Positions 1 to 11,021 of a stretch of 64,000 bases of DNA are shown one piece after another. This stretch comes from Rhynchopus sp. YZ270_cl-10. Taxonomy: Eukaryota. The notes beneath the pieces were generated by a model, which was not told the origin of the DNA, searched no databases, and saw nothing but the letters and a program-made list of their open reading frames with translations. A program made the translations under genes and the position numbers. The DNA lies in contig OZ037836.1 of NCBI GenBank assembly GCA_964035575.1, positions 930,001-994,000 of the forward strand, given 5' to 3'. Position 1 is the stretch's first letter; each line of letters starts with the position of its first letter.

Positions 1-327
1 AACCTCCGCCTGCAGAAGCAAACACGCCACCTCAGGATCCCTCACACTCGCCAACTTCTCGGCTGTGATGTCTGTCTCACCCAACGCATGAAGCTCTGCA
101 ATGGCTTCTTGCTTCTGCGTTTTCGTGAGGATGATTGTGTCACCAGCACTCAGCTGCGTCATGTCCGATCCTGCTCCCATCGCTTCGTCTCTGAAACTCA
201 TGCAAAAGCCGTCTTCAGGCAACCCCATTGCAGTCGCCACCTTCTGCCGCATCGTCTCCGTTGTGTCATCCTTACCAACCTCGATCACGTGCGAGTTGTC
301 GGCAAAATCCTTAATAGTTACGTCCAT
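1..327 (-). CDS. Ubiquitin-like + LRR protein, family A (5' part; runs off window)
   Basis: ATG at 327 gives MDVTIKDFADNSHVIEVGKDDTTETMRQKVATAMGLPEDGF..., paralogous to 1500-2489. Confidence 0.8.
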   Translation of the reverse strand, partial: MDVTIKDFADNSHVIEVGKDDTTETMRQKVATAMGLPEDGFCMSFRDEAMGAGSDMTQLSAGDTIILTKTQKQEAIAELHALGETDITAEKLASVRDPEVACLLLQAEV

Positions 328-1499
328 TTGTCTGCTTTTGTGTCGCTCTGTTGTGTGGGGTTGTAGTTGGGGCTGGAGTGGGTCGACATGGTGAAGGAAA
401 AACAACACCTCACCAAAGCCCTTCCTTTGCAGGCAGACGTACAAATTGAATCATGCAGACAACCCTTGAAGGACGTCATATTGATGTTGCTTTTACGACT
501 TTACGTCTTTTCCTTCTGTAGCATGAAAAGGATTCTGCCAACATTGAGTACAGACCTCTTCTGGGTACTCAGGCCATTGTCGAAGCATCCACAGTCCGCG
601 AGGTTGCTACGAAATGCAAGACCAAGACACCTTGCAGATGCTCCAAGCACCAACGGGAAACACGCCTTCGCAAAAAATGGTGTATCAATTCTCCTTCTCA
701 GCAGAACACCGTTCTATGAGAAAAGAAGCGTGACGGGAGGGGGTGAGAAAAGGTGGAGGTGGGGGCCAGCCTTTTGTTGGCAAAATATTGTCGTTGCACT
801 TCGAGAAGAGGGACACTCCGAAGTGTTTATAGCCTTTTGTGGGAAATTCCAGCCTCTCCACCCCAGCAGAGACACAAAGACCCAGCTCCAGCAGGGAACC
901 CCCCCGCATGCACATCCACTTCGTGCGCTGTGGCGAGCATCGCCTTCAGGAGCTCACGCCCGAATAAAGGCCTAAAAAAATCTGGCACCGAAGATGACTG
1001 AACAGCAGCAGAAGACGAAGGAGACCCTGCAGCTGAAGGTGGACGTTAAGAGCGCCGCCGATCACGAAAAAGAAAGAAATGTTTATAAGATGATCCTAAG
1101 CCTCTCGTGCTTAGTCACCTTAAGAAACAGGCAAAATAAATGCCTGCTCACGGCTAAGGAGCACCTCACGAAGATACCAAGAAGACAGTGAAAGACCACT
1201 TGGTCTCGGTTTCAGAGTCATTACTCAAAAAAAAAGGGGGTAGGTAAGGGAGGGGAGGTACGTTGTAATGAATAAGACATGGGCTTTTGTGGGGATTCTT
1301 TTGCAGCACTGAGTAAAATAACACAATGTGTGGAACATCTTGCTCAGCACAGCTCTCCTCTCGCACCAAGTAGTAGTCTGTGCCACGGTGAGCAAGACTG
1401 TGCCCCTCTTCTTCTCCGAACCAGAGGACGCAAGCAGACATACTGCCAGAGACCCTCCACCTCGGGGAGGTGCTGCCCTGCCACCAACACACCACGTCG

Positions 1500-2489
1500 T
1501 CATTGTGCGTGTCTCTGTCGCTTCTGGCTTTGCTCGGGGGATTCGTCTCTGCTGCGTTTCGGACGTGCTTCAACCACAAGCTTACTCAGCTCGCCGTTCC
1601 TCACTTCGTTCGACACAACACTGCTGCAGCCGGAAAGGTAAATGCTCCTCAACGAAGCGCAGTTCTCAACAAATTCCTTAGTACCAGACCAAGTATTCAA
1701 ACCAATCGACGTCACGTTCCTGAGTGGTGATAAATCGAGGGTCGTTAAGCTGCTACAGTTCTGAAGGAACCCTGCCTCAACCTGCGTCACATTGCTGAGT
1801 GGAGATAAATCGATGTTGGTTAAGTTGCTGCAGTCGTACAGAAAGCTGCCATCAATCTGCGTCACGTTGTTGAGTGGTGATAAATCGAGGGCGGTTAAGC
1901 TCGTGCAGCCGGCAAGAAAGGCGGGATCAATCTGCGTCAGGTTGCTGAGTGGAGATAACTCCAGTGTCGTTAAGCTGCTGCAGCTCCAAAGAAAATATGC
2001 ACCCACTTTCATAACATTGCTCAACCCAGAGAGGTCGATACTTGTCAACGAGGTGCAGTCTGCCAGGAACCAGTGTCCAATGTGAGTCACAATGGACTCA
2101 GCACTGAGATCAAGTCTCGTCAACGAAGTGCGTGCCAAGAAGTCATTCGGAATGACAGTCGCAACCTCCGCCTGCAGAAGCAAACACGCCACCTCAGGAT
2201 CCATCACACTCTCCAACTTCTCGGCTGTGATGTCGGTCACACCCAACGCATGAAGCTCTGCAATGGCTTCTTGTTTCTGCGTTTTCGTGAGGATGATTGT
2301 GTCACCAGCACTCAGCTGCGTCATGTCCGCTCCTTCTCCCATCGCTTCGTCTCCGAAACTCATGCAAAAGCCGTCTTCAGGCAACCCCATTGCAGTCGCC
2401 ACCTTCCGCCGCAAGTCCTCCACTGCGTCATCTTCACCCACCTCGACTGTGTGCTGATTCGTGTCGAAACCCTTGATGTTCAGGTCCAT
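1500..2489 (-). CDS. Ubiquitin-like domain + BspA-type 25-aa LRR protein, family A (329 aa)
   Basis: Start MDLNIKGFD shared with paralogs; repeats of xxIxxxFLxxCxSLxxLDLSPLxN; basic C-terminal tail RPKRSR...KRQR. Confidence 0.85.
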   Translation of the reverse strand: MDLNIKGFDTNQHTVEVGEDDAVEDLRRKVATAMGLPEDGFCMSFGDEAMGEGADMTQLSAGDTIILTKTQKQEAIAELHALGVTDITAEKLESVMDPEVACLLLQAEVATVIPNDFLARTSLTRLDLSAESIVTHIGHWFLADCTSLTSIDLSGLSNVMKVGAYFLWSCSSLTTLELSPLSNLTQIDPAFLAGCTSLTALDLSPLNNVTQIDGSFLYDCSNLTNIDLSPLSNVTQVEAGFLQNCSSLTTLDLSPLRNVTSIGLNTWSGTKEFVENCASLRSIYLSGCSSVVSNEVRNGELSKLVVEARPKRSRDESPEQSQKRQRHAQ

Positions 2490-2779
2490 GTCTTTGTTGT
2501 GGTTTTGTGTTCTGATCTCTGTGTGTGGTGGTGGGGTGTGGAGGACAACAAGCCTGCAGTCCTTTTCAAGAACCTTGCCAACAACAACTGTGGGAAGAAG
2601 GGCCCTCTCTCTCCCCAACCCACAACCCACAACCCCCGACTTCAGATCTCTCACCTCTCCACCCCCTCTCCCTGAACCAGCGCCCTTCACAGACGTTCCC
2701 TCCTCACGAAAGCAAACCCACCTTCCCCTGCCCCATGCACCTTTACCTGCCTCGTTCTGCACAAGAAACCCGCAGGACC

Positions 2780-3372
2780 TGGTCTGATGCGCTCAGTCTT
2801 TGCTCGAGGCACCCTGAAGATCTTGTGAAGGAGGATGCCCAGGACCAATAATAAGGACCCTGAGGGACGTTTAGCACCCTAAGGACCAATTGGAAAAAAA
2901 AGGGGGGTTGGGCGGTACGTTGTTATGAATAAGACAATGGGTTTTTTGTGAGGATTCTTTTGCAGCACGGCGTACTGCCAGACACACTGTATCATATGGT
3001 GTGCACCAACACAGCCCTTTGTGCAACCCTTCCCCCTATCCCCTTCCACTTCTACGTTCTACACCAGATCGCCAAACCCCTTTCGGATGAGCAGGGTACG
3101 TGCCGAAAGGGAGAACGTGGCTGCACCTGTTGTCGTGGCACGCACAGCGTCTGTACGTGCACCCGCTGCGATCAGCATCTGCGCTGTGCACCTCAGGGTG
3201 TCTGCACTGCTGCCGTCTGCGGAGGCAAGGAGCGCTATCAATGCTGTGTTCCCGTCTGCCGCCACCGCCCCCGCCGACGCACCTGCCTCCAGCAACGCAG
3301 CCACCGCTCTCTGTACAAACCCTGCACCCCCACGACCCGCCGTCACAACATGCATCAGCGCAGTCCTCCCCA
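2780..3372 (-). pseudogene. Duplicated 3' fragment of the ankyrin gene plus downstream region
   Basis: Near-identical to about 6900-7493; truncated at about 3372, next to the 3' end of an LRR gene. Confidence 0.7.
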
Positions 3373-3388
3373 CCAAAACTGAACGTCG

Positions 3389-4453
3389 TCATTGTGCGTG
3401 TCTCTGTCGCTTCTGGATTTGCTCGGGGGATTCGTCTCTGCTTCGTTTCGGACGTGCTTCAACCACAAGCTTACTCAGCTTTTTGTCGTTCCTCACTTCG
3501 TTGGACACAACACTGCTGCAGCCGGAAAGGTAAATGCTCCTCAACGAAGTGCAGTTCGCAGCAAAGTAAGTATTACCATAAGTAGTGACAAAAATCGACG
3601 TCACGTTGCTGAGTGGTGACAAATCCAGGGTCGTTAAGCTGCTGTAGTTCGCGAGGAAATATGAACCGACCTTCGACACGTTGCTGAGTGAAGATAAATC
3701 TTGGGTTGTTAAGCTGCTGCAGTTCTGAAGGAAATGTGAGCCCACCTGCGTCACCTTGCTGAGTGGAGACAAACCCAGGGTCGTTAAGCTGCTGCAGTTC
3801 GCGAGGAATTATGAACAGACCTGCGTCACGTTGGTGACTGGAGATAAATCGATGTTGGTTAAGCTCGTGCAGCCGGCAAGAAAGTGGCAATCAATCTGCG
3901 TCAAATTGCTGAGTGGAGATAAATCCAGGATAGTTAAGTTGCTGCAGTTCGCAAGGAAGCTCACACCAACCAGCATAACATTGCTCAACCCAGAGAGGTC
4001 GATACTTGTCAACGAGGTGCAGTCATATAGGAAGCCGTCTCCAATGCGAGTCACAATGGACTCAGCACTGAGATCAAGTCTCGTCAACGAAGTGCCTGAC
4101 AAGAAGTCATTCGGAATGAAAGTCGCAACCTCCGCCTGCAGAAGCAAACACGCCACCTCAGGATCCCTCACACTCTTCAACTTCTCGGCTGTGATGTCGG
4201 TCACACCCAACGCATGAAGCTCTGCAATGGCTTCTTGTTTCTGCGTTTTTGTGAGGATGATTGTGTCACCAGCACTCCGCTGCGTCATGTCCGCTCCTTC
4301 TCCCATCGCTTCGTCTCCGAAACTCATGCAAAAGCCGTCTTCAGGCAACCCCATTGCAGACGCCACCTTCCGCCGCAAGCCCTCCACTGTGTCATCTTCA
4401 CCCACCTCGACTGTGTGCTGATTCGTGTCGAAACCCTTGACGTTCAGGTCCAT
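3389..4453 (-). pseudogene. Ubl-LRR family A copy with an in-frame TAA at 3809-3811
   Basis: ORFs 3809-4453 and 3389-3772 are in the same frame, separated by one stop (VCS*FLANC). Confidence 0.75.
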
Positions 4454-4581
4454 GTCTTTGTTGTGGTTTTGTGTTCTGATCTCTGTGTGTGGTGGTGGGG
4501 TGTGGAGGACAACAAGCCTGCAGTCCTTTTCAAGAACCTTGCCAAACTAAACTGTAGGAAGAAAGGCCCCTCTCTCCCCGA

Positions 4582-4703
4582 CCCACAACCCACAACCCAC
4601 AACCCACAACCCACAACCCACAACCCACAACCCACAACCCACAACCCACAACCCACAACCCACAACCCACAACCCACAACCCACAACCCACAACCCACAA
4701 CCC
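4582..4703. repeat. (CCCACAA)n 7-bp microsatellite
   Basis: Perfect tandem array; only about 2 units at the paralogous sites near 2620 and 6737. Confidence 0.95.
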
Positions 4704-4894
4704 CCGACTTCAGATCTCTCTCCTCTCCACCCCCTCTCCCTGAACCAGCGCCCTTCACAGACGTTCCCTCCTCACGAAAGCAAACCCACCTTCCCCCACC
4801 CCACCCCACGCAAGGAAGCATGTCAAAGGTGCCAAAAGCACCCCACCGCCAGACACAGCTTCCCCTCTGCAGCTCACCCCTTCTGCACAAGAAA

Positions 4895-5160
4895 CCGGTG
4901 GTACGGGTTGCAGGGGCGGTGCGGGTGCAAACGTTGGAAGACGGATGAATCGAGATGTCTGTGGACGTGACGCAGGACATAGTGTGAACCATGCTGCAGA
5001 AGTGGACGGGAAGGGGTGTTCGTACACCACCTCTGCCAGGCGACGTAGTACAGGGACATGCGTGTGGAACGCAGAGCTGCTGGCACGGCTGGATCTGGCG
5101 GAGGAAAACCTGTCGGACAGCGTGCAGACTCGCCGTAGGGTAAGGTGGGTACTACATATA
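4895..5160 (+). mobile_element. Degenerate relic of LINE ORF1
   Basis: Encodes EMSVDVTQDIV and LARLDLAEENLSDSV, matching EMSVDVTEDMV and LARLDLAEENLEDSV in ORF1 at 47398-50283. Confidence 0.75.
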
Positions 5161-5547
5161 CGTGGAGGAATAGTCCCGTGGAGGACAACAAGACTGACAA
5201 CGATTTCAGGGGTGATGAAGTACAGATAAAAGGGCGGGGAAGTACGCTTGTAATTGAATAAGACATTGTATTATTGTGGGGATATCTTTTGCAGCGTAAA
5301 AATAACACACTGTGTGGAACGTCTTGCTCAGCACAGCTCTCTCCTCATGCCCAGACACCATCAAAAGAGAAGGCTGTGGGGAAAAGAAAAGGGCTCACTG
5401 GAAATACTTGCCACTCAAAACGCGTACTCAGTATTGACGACCGCAAAGACTGATCTCCTCTGTGCACTCTTCATTCCGAGCCACGATGTAGCTTCTGCGC
5501 GCCTCCATGAGCCTCTCCCTGTTCCCTGCCACCAACACACCACGTCG

Positions 5548-6612
5548 TCATTGTGCGTGTGTCTGTTGCTTCTGGATTTGCTCGGGGGATTCGTCTCTGC
5601 TTCGTTTCGGACGTGCTTCAACCACAAGCTTACTCAGCTCGCCGTTCCTCACTTCGTTGGACACAACACTGCTGCAGCCGGAAAGGTAAATGCTCGTCAA
5701 CGAAGTGCAGTTCGCAGCAAATTGCGTAGCATTCGTCAAAATAAATAAACTAATTGACGTCACATTGCTAAGTGGTGATAAATCGATGGTAGTTAAGCTC
5801 TGGCATCCGGTAAGAAAGTTGTGATCAATCTGCGTCACGTTGTTGAGGGGTGATAAATCCAGGCTCGATAAGTTCTTGCAGTGCGCAAGGAACCACGCAC
5901 CAACCTGCGTCACGTTGGTGAGTGGAGATAAATCGATGCTCGTTAAGCTCGTGCACATGGAAAGAAAGCTGTCATCAATCCGTGTCACGTTGCTGAGTGC
6001 TGATAAATCGATGGTGGTTAAGCTGATACAGCAGAAAAGAAACCTGTCCTCAACCTTCGTCACGTTGCTGAGTGGAGATAAATCCAGGGCCGTTAAGCTT
6101 TTGCAGTTCGCAAGGAAGCTCACACCAACCTGCGTCACTTTGCTCAACCCAGAGAGGTCGATACTTGTCAACGAGGTGCAGTCTGCCAGGAAGCCGTCTC
6201 CAATGCGAGTCACAATGGACTCAGCACTGAGATCAAGTCTCGTCAACGAAGTGCGTGCCAAGAAGTCATTCGGAATGAAAGTCGCAACCTCCGCCTGCAG
6301 AAGCAAACACGCCACCTCAGGATCCTCCACACTCTCCAACTTCTCGGCTGTGATGTCTGTCTCACCCAACGCATGAAGCTCTGCAATGGCTTCGTACTTC
6401 TGCGTTTTTGTGAGGATGATTGTGTCACCAGCACTCAGCTGCGTCATGTCCGCTCCTTCTCCCATCGCTTCGTCTCCGAAACTCATGCAAAAGCCGTCTT
6501 CTGGCAACCCCACTGCAGACGCCACCTTCCGCCGCAAGCCCTCCACTGTGTCATCTTCACCCACCTCGACTGTGTGCTGATTCGTGTCGAAACCCTTGAT
6601 GTTCAGGTCCAT
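5548..6612 (-). CDS. Ubl + BspA-type LRR protein, family A (354 aa)
   Basis: Intact paralog of 1500-2489, one 25-aa repeat longer. Confidence 0.85.
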   Translation of the reverse strand: MDLNIKGFDTNQHTVEVGEDDTVEGLRRKVASAVGLPEDGFCMSFGDEAMGEGADMTQLSAGDTIILTKTQKYEAIAELHALGETDITAEKLESVEDPEVACLLLQAEVATFIPNDFLARTSLTRLDLSAESIVTRIGDGFLADCTSLTSIDLSGLSKVTQVGVSFLANCKSLTALDLSPLSNVTKVEDRFLFCCISLTTIDLSALSNVTRIDDSFLSMCTSLTSIDLSPLTNVTQVGAWFLAHCKNLSSLDLSPLNNVTQIDHNFLTGCQSLTTIDLSPLSNVTSISLFILTNATQFAANCTSLTSIYLSGCSSVVSNEVRNGELSKLVVEARPKRSRDESPEQIQKQQTHAQ

Positions 6613-7182
6613 GTCTTTGTTGTGGTTTTGTGTTCTGATCTCTGTGTGTGGTGGTGGGGTGTGGAGGACAACAAGCCTGCAGTCCTTTTCAAGAACCTTG
6701 CCAAAAACTGTCTGGAGAAGGGCCCCTCTCTCCCGACCCACAACCCACAACCCCCGACTTCAGATCTCTCACCTCTCCACCCCCTCTCCCTGAACCAGCG
6801 CCCTTCACAGACGTTCCCTCCTCACGAAAGCAAACCCACCTTCCCCTGCCCCTCTCACGCACCTTTACCTGCCCCGTTCTGCACAAGAAACCCGCAGGAC
6901 CTGGTCTGATGCGCTCAGTGTTTGCTCGAGGCACCCTGAAGAGCGTCTTGTGAAGGAGGATGCCCAGGACCAATAATGAGGACCCTGAGGACGTTTAGCA
7001 CCCTAAGGACCAATTGGAAAAAAAAGGGGGGTTGGGCGGTACGTTGTTATGAATAAGACAATGGGTTTTTTGTGAGGATTCTTTTGCAGCACGGCGTACT
7101 GCCAGACACACTGTATCATATGGTGTGTACCAACACAGCCCTTTGTGCAACCCTTCCCCCTATCCCCTTCCACTTCTACGTT

Positions 7183-8270
7183 CTACACCAGATCGCCAAA
7201 CCCCTTTCGGATGAGCAGGGTACGTGCCGAAAGGGAGAACGTGGCTGCACCTGTTGTCGTGGCACGCACAGCGTCTGTACGTGCACCCGCTGCGATCAGC
7301 ATCTGCGCTGTGCACCTCAGGCTGTCTGCACTGCTGCCGTCTGCAGAGGCAAGGAGTGCTATCAATGCTGTGTTCCCGTCTGCCGCCACCGCCTTCGCCG
7401 ACGCACCTGCCTCCAGCAACGCAGCCACCGCTCTCTGTACAAACCCTGCACCCCCACGACCCGCCGTCACAACATGCATCAGCGCAGTCCTCCCAGACGC
7501 ATCACACACATCCACACCCCGCACGTCCTCCCCCATATCCTCAAGCAGCACACCGAGACACACCTCTACCCTCTCCAGCCTTTCCACCCCAGCAGAGACA
7601 CAGCGACCCAGCTCCAGCAGGGAACCCCCCGCATGCACATCCACTTCGTGCGCTGTGGCGAGCATCGCCTTCAGGAGCTCTGCGTCCAGCAGTGGGATGG
7701 CCGCCATCAGAGGGCTACACTTTCCCATGGAGATAGACGCCCCGAGAGCTACCAAACTGCGTGCAACGTCGGCCTGTGAATGCTTCAACGCACAGTGCAG
7801 TGCGGTCCCGACCGAGGTTGCCTCTGTGCTCGAGACATCAATGTCAAAGACGTCCCCGCAGCGTGCCCTCAGTGTTTCCAGGAGAGCCATGTTCCCATAC
7901 GCAGTCGCATTGTGCACAAGAGATGTGAACCCACGGTGAAAACGGTTTTCACCAAACACATTCGGAACTGCCCCGTGGTCGAGCAGCAGGCACGCTATCT
8001 TGGCTGAGGTGGTATGTGGTTCAAAGGCACTGCATATATAGAGTGGCACATCCTCTATGTGTGTGGTCGTGGTCATGGTGGAGGTGGAGGTGGTGCTTGT
8101 ACCCGTGGAGGAAGTGTGGCACGAAGCTATAGGGATAGACGGTGTAGTCGTCACGTCGCTGGCTTCAATTGCAGTGTGGATGAGGGCAAGGCACGCAGCC
8201 TCGTTGTTGGCGCTGCAAGGGCATGAGGCATGCCGGAGCAATGACGGAAGCAGATCTGTCAAGAAGAGGT
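7183..8270 (-). CDS. Ankyrin-repeat protein (3' exon or part)
   Basis: Ankyrin motifs GTALHCAL, CSPLMAAI, GRTALMHVV, GNTALIAL; the ORF N-terminus (8270-8538) is AT-rich and probably intronic. Confidence 0.7.
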
Positions 8271-8599
8271 GGCTTTCGAAAGATTTTTTATTCCTCAAAA
8301 AGATTCTAAAAAAAAACTCAAAATATGTATAAAAAATCTCTGGATAAAAACCCCCCCCCAACGGATAGGACACAAAAGGGTTGAGGGAAATCGGTAAAAA
8401 AAAACCCCCCCAAAAAAAGAGAAGTTGAAAGTGCAAACGCCCCATCGGCAGACGCAGGACACTGCTTTCTCCGATCACCGAAACGTTGTAAGAAAAGAAA
8501 GGGACTTTTTTTGAGATGATCTCTCGTCTGTTAATCACCGCATCACCATCCAGAAAATCTGGGAATACATTTCATTGTTTCCCCCCATACCCGGAAAGA

Positions 8600-9122
8600 G
8601 GTACCCCGTGAGCCCTGCTGTGAGACAGATGTCAAGCACTTTTGCTGATGAACCGTCGTTGATGTTGGCGCAGTGGCACGACCGTCGCTGGGAAAGGAAG
8701 AGAGTCGCATACGGCCGCGGTCCTAGGTAGCCCGCTTCGAAGCAGAGCGCAAGGACCTCGGGGGTGACCTCCGTTGCTGTCGATGTCGTCGCGGGCGCAG
8801 CGGTATCACCACCCACCACGCTCCACACCCGCTGACACACTATTTTACCCCGCGCACTATCTCCCACCCCATGCACACCCCTCAACACCTCACGCGCCAC
8901 CACCCCCACATCGGCACAAACCTCCAACACATCTCCAAGAGACAAGACACGAAGGTGCTCCTCCTCCAGCACAGACCCCCTATACGAAATCAGATACGTC
9001 CCTTCAGCCACCCCGAGGTGTGTGCCCAGTGTGCTCGTCAAAGCGGAAAGCGTGATGTCCTCGGACACCTCAAGGGGGGTCACGTCCAAGCCTATAGCTG
9101 AGGCGTCGATTAAAAGCTCCAT
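8600..9122 (-). CDS. Probable 5' exon of the ankyrin gene, with a ubiquitin-like N-terminus
   Basis: MELLIDASAIGLDVTPLEVSEDITLSAL...YLISYRGSVLEE...LSLGDVLEV resembles a Ubl fold; separated from the ankyrin part by about 330 bp of AT-rich sequence; junctions uncertain. Confidence 0.5.
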
Positions 9123-9879
9123 TGCTGTGTTTTTGTTTGTGCGTAAAAGTGTGTAATAAATATCCTGGTGGTGATATTTTTTTATTACTGCAAATGCGCT
9201 CCCACCTGACTACCTGGCAAGTGAAGAGGAAACCCTCTTTGAGGCCAAAAATACTACGGTGTCAATAACTATCTTCACCCCACACAGGAAAAACGGGAAA
9301 CGAAATAGGGGGAGAGTTTGTTAGTTGTACGCTTCCACCTGGTGGTGATATTTTTTATTACTGCAAATGCGCTCCCACCTGACTACCTGGCAAGTGAAGA
9401 GGAAACCTCTCTGAGGCCAAAAATATATCCGTTTCGCTTGATCAGATCTCGACCGTTTGTTGCATTGCACGCTTCCACATTTTTTTTTTTTGAAAAAATT
9501 GATTGTTTCCAGCACACGCGGACTGTGTCAGTGTGTGATGGTATATGAGTATTGCCTGAAGTACAGAAAATGGGAGTGTCGGTGGCGGAGCACAAAAGAG
9601 GTAAAATGAGAAACATATCGGGTGGGGTCTCTGATCTAATCTGTGCGACGAATATATTTCCCCTAACACGCCATGTTTGGCCAGGGCCTCTCCAGCGCGT
9701 CAGTTGCAAAAAAAAAAGGGGTGAGTAGGCTCTTATAAAATTCAGCTATCTGATGAAAGGAGCGAGGAGGTTGCAGGATGCAAAAGGGTTTGTGGTGAGG
9801 GGGTTAAAAACGAAACCACCGTGGTGGAGTATAAGAGTGGGGGCTCGAGGTGGTGGTGTGCAAGGGACAACAAAACAAG

Positions 9880-9911
9880 GTAAGGGGAGAGGGTCTCAGA
9901 GAGGTATTTTG

Positions 9912-9942
<31 letters not shown>

Positions 9943-10530
9943 GAAAAGCTTCGTTGTATTAGTGTGGACACCCGAGGAGTGTGCTCCACTGTGTTCTCCT
10001 TTTCAACGTGGCCACCATCGTTTTCGTTGGCTTCACATCAGTTTTGCATTTTCATGACTTTTCAGTTTCTCTATCTTCTGCGATATGACGCGCAAACACG
10101 CCGTTTTCAATTTGATTCGCAGACCGATACTGACTCACGAAGTTGCTGTGTCAAAAAACACTTTCCTCTGCGAGGCGGGGTACCACAGCGACAACGTCTA
10201 TCACTCATGCGCCTATGAGTCGCTCAATGGCGTCATGGCTTTTATCATGACTGCAGGGGTCCAACCCTGCACATTGCTCTCACAACACAAAATACAAATA
10301 TGCACACAAATGAAGAGATGAAAGATACCTTACAATAAGACAACAAACACCGGTGGGGTAAAAACTAAGAAGGGGTTTAATCCCACCGATATTTGTCTTA
10401 CTGTATTTCATTTGACGTGCACAGGAAAACAATACCATTTTTTTTACCCCAAACCACCCGAGGGAGAGCTGCAAAAGTCAGGCCTAATGCTAACTTTGGG
10501 GGAGGGGGAAAAAAAGTGAACCAGCGAAAA
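9880..10530. repeat. Orphan copy of the family-B LRR upstream region
   Basis: Near-identical to about 35090-35790 and to the corresponding regions near 40790, 51430 and 53560. Confidence 0.85.
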
Positions 10531-11021
10531 AAATGCTCGAGAGACTCGTTCCTCTTTGCTTGTTGCTCAAAAGACTATAAACGGGGGGGAAAAAAGTAAA
10601 AGTTGTTTGTTGTTCGCTTCCACACCACTTCTGCACTCAGATTCAAGTCTTTTGGCTGTCCTTACAAGCGCCTGCCAAAACGCTCGCCTCGTGGGTGTGG
10701 ACTTTTTTTTTTTTTTTTCTTCGACTTGATTTACGATATGGTTGTGTTTGCCTGAAGTACAGAAAGTGTCGTGGAGCACAGGGGGGAAAAGAAGGGGAAA
10801 CAAGCGGGGAGCGGGATACGCAGACGCGCGACTTTTCACGAGGGTCTCGAGCATTTTGTCAAATACTACGTGTTTACTAAAAATGCTCGAGAGACTCGTT
10901 CCTCTTTGCTTGTTGCTCAAAAGACTATAAACGGGGGGGAAAAAAGTAAAAGTTGTTTGTTGTTCGCTTCCACTCCGAACCCTTTTGCCATGAAGGGGAC
11001 GCAGCGCGACGTAAAGCTGTA

